A stretch of DNA of 32,386 nt from Pedosphaera sp. (GTDB lineage Bacteria; Verrucomicrobiota; Verrucomicrobiia; Limisphaerales; UBA9464). The translations under genes and the position numbers were made by a program. The stretch is taken from positions 1 through 32,386 of the forward strand of contig SIAZ01000003.1 of NCBI GenBank assembly GCA_009695405.1, written 5' to 3'. The notes below the pieces were generated by a model. It was not told the origin of the DNA, did no database searches, and worked only from the letters and a program-made list of their open reading frames with translations. Positions 28,472 through 32,386 of this stretch are shown one piece after another. The number at the start of each line of letters is the position of its first letter. Within the stretch, counting starts at the first letter, position 1.

Positions 28472-29764
28472 ATGAAATTACTCCTAGCTATCCCCTGCCT
28501 TTGCTTCGCGCTTCAGGCCTCTGACTGGCCCTCATGGCGAGGTCCAAATGGAAATCAAATTTCACCGGAAACTCGCTTTCCTCTGTCCTGGAAATGGTCC
28601 AAAGAGGGCGGAAAAAATATACGCTGGCGCGTCGAACTCCCTGAACCGGGAAATGCCTCCCCCATTGTCCTTGGGAAAAAAATCTACATCACCCAATCCC
28701 TTCAAGAAGGTCACAATCGCGCCCTCTTAGCTTTCGATCGTTCGTCGGGTAAGGAACTCTGGCGCCATGTCGTCTCCCGTGAGGCAACTGATTCTCATCA
28801 CGAGACCAATCCCCACTGCTCTGCCTCCCCAGTGGCGGATGATCACGGCGTGGTGGCCAGCTTCGCTTCAGCAGGAATTGTGTCCATTTCACATGATGGC
28901 AAACAGCAGTGGCAGACCGATCTAGGCCCACAAAACCATTCTTGGGGTCAGGGCTCTTCACCTGTTTTTCACGGAAAAACGGTCCTAATTTATCACGGCC
29001 CAGGTGAGTTCTCTGCCCTACACGCTCTCGATCGAATGACCGGCAAGGTTCTCTGGAAGACTTCACTAAAAGAGGTTCATCCAAAAGAGCGTTTTGACGG
29101 TTTTGCAGGGAAAAATGGTGGAATGTTGGGTTCTTTTGCCACCCCTCTTCTGGTTACTTCGGGAGGCCGTACCGAAATCGTCCTCGCTGCATCTAATAAG
29201 CTACGCGCTTTTTCTCCCACGGATGGCAATGAATTGTGGTCGATGGATGGAATGAATCCTCTGGTTTATTCCTCTGCAAGCTTTGGCGATAATACCATCG
29301 TTGCCATGGGCGGTTTCTTTGGATCCTCCATTTTTGTGCGTCCCGGCGGATCAGGAGATCGTACCGCCGAACGATTAGTCTTCGAACAACGCTCCAAGAA
29401 AGGCCGCATCGGTTCTCCGATTATTTACAAAGGGCATGCTTATCTCACTTCCAATGACGGTTTTGGACAATGCATCGACCTTAAAACGGGGGCACTCATT
29501 TGGGAAGAACGTCTCCCTGCCACCGGTGCCAATGGTGAAACGTGGGCTTCAATGACACTCGCCGGAGACCGGCTCTATGTCGTGAATCGGTCCGGCGACA
29601 CCTTGGTCTTACGCGCCGCACCGAAATTTGAACTCCTCGCCAGCAATCCTGTCGGCGAAATCTCCAATGCCACCTTGGCGCTCTCTAATGGGCAGATTTT
29701 TCTGCGAACCCATTCCGGTCTCTATTGTATCGCAGAAGCAGCTTCAACGGCTTCATCCCACTAA
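28472..29764 (+). CDS. PQQ-binding-like (BamB-type) beta-propeller exported protein
   Basis: Signal peptide, DWPSWRGPNG, repeated xSP / G..LW blades, and a C-terminal ATLALSNGQIFLRT..LYCI. Confidence 0.9.
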   Translation: MKLLLAIPCLCFALQASDWPSWRGPNGNQISPETRFPLSWKWSKEGGKNIRWRVELPEPGNASPIVLGKKIYITQSLQEGHNRALLAFDRSSGKELWRHVVSREATDSHHETNPHCSASPVADDHGVVASFASAGIVSISHDGKQQWQTDLGPQNHSWGQGSSPVFHGKTVLIYHGPGEFSALHALDRMTGKVLWKTSLKEVHPKERFDGFAGKNGGMLGSFATPLLVTSGGRTEIVLAASNKLRAFSPTDGNELWSMDGMNPLVYSSASFGDNTIVAMGGFFGSSIFVRPGGSGDRTAERLVFEQRSKKGRIGSPIIYKGHAYLTSNDGFGQCIDLKTGALIWEERLPATGANGETWASMTLAGDRLYVVNRSGDTLVLRAAPKFELLASNPVGEISNATLALSNGQIFLRTHSGLYCIAEAASTASSH

Positions 29765-29803
29765 GGGTCCGCTCAAAACAAACTAGATCATCCTTCTTCG
29801 ACG

Positions 29804-30604
29804 ATGCCTCTTTTTGTACATCCAGCTCTCACCTCTCTCATTCAAACGTTGAGTCTCCCTTCGGCGATCCTTCGTTTCGGCCCTGTTCAGCTTACCTCGA
29901 TTGGGCCTGCTTACCAGCTTCGACACCTCCTCGACGCAACCACTCCTATTGAGTCCCTGCGCATTGTCGAATCCGCGTCCCTGCGAGATCTAGTGAATCA
30001 CGCTGAAAATAAGGCTTTCCGCCCTAATAAAGCCGCGCCGAATTTGGTCCGAGGTTGGGTTTGTCAGGTGACCACTTCCAATGAATTGGGAAACGCCTTG
30101 GAAACACTTCTACCGGGCGGATTAGCCGATTGGTTTGCTGCAAGCCAGACCGGCTTCAAATCTCTCGATTTCCGAACTTTCGCGGGCCGTCAGTCGGGTA
30201 TGTATCGCACGGTCGATTCACTCAGCGATCCAGATGCCTGCGAGGTTACCCGCGCCTGTTGTCATTCCCGTTTCTGCTCTCGTCGCCGCCTCTGGACGGT
30301 CGGCAAGAGTGAAACAGATTCAGTGCTTGAAAAGTCCGACGTTCCTTGCCTTGAGCCTTGTGCTTTACTTCTAGAACTGGCGCGCCGTGCTCATCGCCTT
30401 AATCAACAGGAACGATCCACTGTTACCCTAAGCGAAGGCGATCTCGCTACCCTAGCCGCCGCCATCAATATCGCGGTAGCTCATACCGACCCCACCCTTC
30501 CTGAAGGAGACCTGAGCGATTCGGGGCATCCGCGTCGACTGATGTTGCTTCGAGAAAAACTTCTGCCTTGGCTTCCGGCAACCACTCTCAGTGTCGAAGG
30601 TTAA
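29804..30604 (+). CDS. DR2241-like protein, putative Fe-S binding
   Basis: FRPNKAAPNLVRGW, RQSGMYR, ACCHSRFCSRRRLW and VPCLEPC resemble the C-terminal domains of Deinococcus DR2241. Confidence 0.7.
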   Translation: MPLFVHPALTSLIQTLSLPSAILRFGPVQLTSIGPAYQLRHLLDATTPIESLRIVESASLRDLVNHAENKAFRPNKAAPNLVRGWVCQVTTSNELGNALETLLPGGLADWFAASQTGFKSLDFRTFAGRQSGMYRTVDSLSDPDACEVTRACCHSRFCSRRRLWTVGKSETDSVLEKSDVPCLEPCALLLELARRAHRLNQQERSTVTLSEGDLATLAAAINIAVAHTDPTLPEGDLSDSGHPRRLMLLREKLLPWLPATTLSVEG

Positions 30605-30653
30605 TGCCGCATTTGATTGGCCTCTAGCTCTCCGGGCCGTTTCAATTCACGCC

Positions 30654-31361
30654 GTGCGTAATCCGATCATTGTCGCCCTCGACCTCCCCTCCGCTCCGGC
30701 CGCTCTCGACCTCGCCCGCCGTGTCGCTCCTCACGTCGGAGCCTTTAAGGTCGGTAAAGAACTTTTCGTTGCCGAAGGTCCAGATTTGGTACGTCGCCTT
30801 CGTGACACCGGCGCCTCTGTTTTTCTTGACCTCAAATTTCACGACATCCCCAATACCGTCGCCAAAGCAGTGGCAGCTGCAGTTCGGTTAGACGTACAAA
30901 TGCTCACCGTCCATTGCTCGGGCGGATCCTCAATGCTGCGGGCTGCCGAGTGCGCCGCTCAAGAAACTGCTGCGACCCTCGGCCGGTCTGCTCCGTTAGT
31001 CCTCGGTGTGACGGTGCTCACCAGTATGGATACAGCCGCCTTGAGTGAACTCGGTGGTGAAACAAACATGACTCGTCAGGTGGAACGCCTCGCCTGTCTC
31101 GCGGCGGATGCTGGCTTACGTGGATTGGTCTGTTCTCCCTTGGAAATCCAAGCTCTCCGCAAACTTCTCTCACACTCTCTGCAGTTGATTACTCCCGGAA
31201 TCCGCACCGGATCTGAAAAATCGGACGATCAAAAACGCACGATGGGCCCCGCTGAAGCGATGGCAGCAGGTGCTACTTGGTTAGTGGTGGGGCGCCCAAT
31301 TTATGGAGCAGCCGATCCCATCGCTGCGGCGCGCTATCTTCTCGAACTGTTAGGAGCTTAA
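30654..31361 (+). CDS. pyrF: Orotidine-5'-phosphate decarboxylase
   Basis: IIVALD, FKVG, FLDLKFHDIPNTV, VTVLTS, ITPGIR, DDQKR and VVGRPI. The GTG start at 30654 is inferred. Confidence 0.96.
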   Translation: MRNPIIVALDLPSAPAALDLARRVAPHVGAFKVGKELFVAEGPDLVRRLRDTGASVFLDLKFHDIPNTVAKAVAAAVRLDVQMLTVHCSGGSSMLRAAECAAQETAATLGRSAPLVLGVTVLTSMDTAALSELGGETNMTRQVERLACLAADAGLRGLVCSPLEIQALRKLLSHSLQLITPGIRTGSEKSDDQKRTMGPAEAMAAGATWLVVGRPIYGAADPIAAARYLLELLGA

Positions 31362-31397
31362 ACCTTCAATTCGGTATCGGCTTCGAGCTTTCCTCAA

Positions 31398-31982
31398 CTA
31401 ATCCGGCACCGTCAACGATGCCGCATGGAAACGAAGAAGATCCACATCATTGGCCCGCACACTTTGCCCCTGTATGTAGGGCGGCATCCGCCCAATCCTC
31501 CGCGTGTCTGGTGATCGAAACTTCCACACCTCAGCGTGCCCATCGGCAAAACTCAGTGTCGCCGATCCAAAATGGCGCACTGGTGGAAAATCAACCCACG
31601 ACCAGACACCCGGTTGAGTCACCACGAACCGTGCATTCTCAATGCTGTTTTCGTGTTCATCTAAAAAGACAAAAGCCAATGACGGCGCTGGTTTTTGTAT
31701 CTGAGTGAGTGTGTGCCAACAAGAACGACTCTGGGGATCGGGTTGGTCATTCATCGAAGCACTCATCGAAACACTTCTCACACGCGCTACTTTTTTGGCG
31801 TCGCGCACAGTGGATCGATCAGCCGGACACTTATAAATTCCTGTCGCACGGTTGTAGGGAAAAAGCAGGCCTCTCTCTATATTCACAGTACTCGTATCGG
31901 TGTAAGCATTTCCAGTAACCCAAGTCCGCGCTGTCGCATTGGCTCCTTCGCGACCGCCGGTCAACACGGTTTCGTTGGGCGG
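31398..31982 (-). pseudogene. 3' part of a prepilin-type N-terminal cleavage / H-X9-DG-CTERM protein, 5'-truncated by IS3
   Basis: IYKCPAD, FVFLDEHENSI and RHFGSATLSFADGHAE. Reading upstream gives PPNETV, then the IS3 end at 31983. The prepilin leader is missing. Confidence 0.85.
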
Positions 31983-32144
31983 TGAGGTGGACCTCGAAAA
32001 CTGGACCAGCGGTTAAGTTATGGTTTTGCGGGTTTGATCAACGACAAAATGATCAGACCAATGAAAACCAAAACCAAACGGAAAAGACACAGTTCAGCGT
32101 TCAAAGCGAAGGTGGGGATGGAGGCGCTGCTGGGCATCAAGACC
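31983..32144 (+). mobile_element. IS3-family element, left end and start of orfA
   Basis: Terminus TGAGGTGGACCTCGAAAACTGGACCA starts with 5'-TG. ATG 32061 gives MKTKTKRKRHSSAFKAKVGMEALLGIKTV, typical of the IS3 OrfA HTH N-terminus, cut off near 32145. Confidence 0.82.
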
Positions 32145-32386
32145 GTGCATTCACGAGTTGACGGTAAGAATCAGTTCCAGAGGAGGTGATCGTCCTTGTT
32201 TTTGACCAGGACGCAGAGTTGAAGGAGATGGGTAAGGTCGGGGCGGGTCCAGAACTGACCACTGCCCCGGAGACGGCGCTGAAACTGTTTGCCCAAGGAC
32301 TCCACCGCCCCGCTGCCCATCGGGGCCCCAGCCTTCTCCATTCTGCGGTAATGGAGGTGGTCCTCATGATCTTTGAAGTAGCTGAC
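32145..32386 (-). mobile_element. ISKra4-like (Mutator-related DDE) element, transposase C-terminus and right end
   Basis: The minus frame 32386-32171 reads VSYFKDHEDHLHYRRMEKAGAPMGSGAVESLGKQFQRRLRGSGQFWTRPDLTHLLQLCVLVKNKDDHLLWN*, containing the G.P.GSG.VES..K...R.RG.G..W motif. It is followed by a terminus ending CAACTCGTGAATGCAC. Confidence 0.8.

Noticed and set aside
32137-32367. 76-aa minus-strand ORF in the track
   Set aside because: Wrong frame; the transposase motif lies in the frame 32386-32171.

Overview
A 32.4 kb bacterial window whose gene content (H-X9-DG-CTERM protein, DUF1080, DUF3500, PQQ-like propeller, DR2241-like protein, apgM, PPi-PFK) points to the PVC superphylum, probably Verrucomicrobiota; this is an inference. 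The centre (about 5.2-31.4 kb) is ordinary chromosome. It carries a TatD/EboB-like hydrolase, an rsmH paralog, ltaE, PPi-PFK, a lipid A acyltransferase and waaF. Next is a 6-deoxyhexose locus: DUF1080, a tandem SASA esterase, L-fuconate dehydratase, rhaA, a rhamnose-type ABC transporter with a broken ATPase, and rhaM. Then come apgM, trmO, an MFS with a large helical insertion, DUF3500, a PQQ propeller, a DR2241-like Fe-S protein and pyrF. Both ends are mosaic. On the left, a ~1.2 kb AT-rich foreign fragment (3' end of an NDP-sugar dehydratase plus a truncated ThDP-dependent enzyme) is fused in frame to the start of a secreted LamG-like gene, beside integrase-arm-like direct repeats. On the right, an ISKra4-like element sits inside an IS3 orfA that itself truncates an H-X9-DG-CTERM gene. 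Three genes carry single in-frame stops, two at positions where Gln or Glu is expected. I found no rRNA, tRNA or CRISPR array. I cannot support a claim of a complete novel system; the best leads are the foreign AT-rich fusion, the att-like repeats and the MFS insertion. All family calls are from motif recognition, not database searches.
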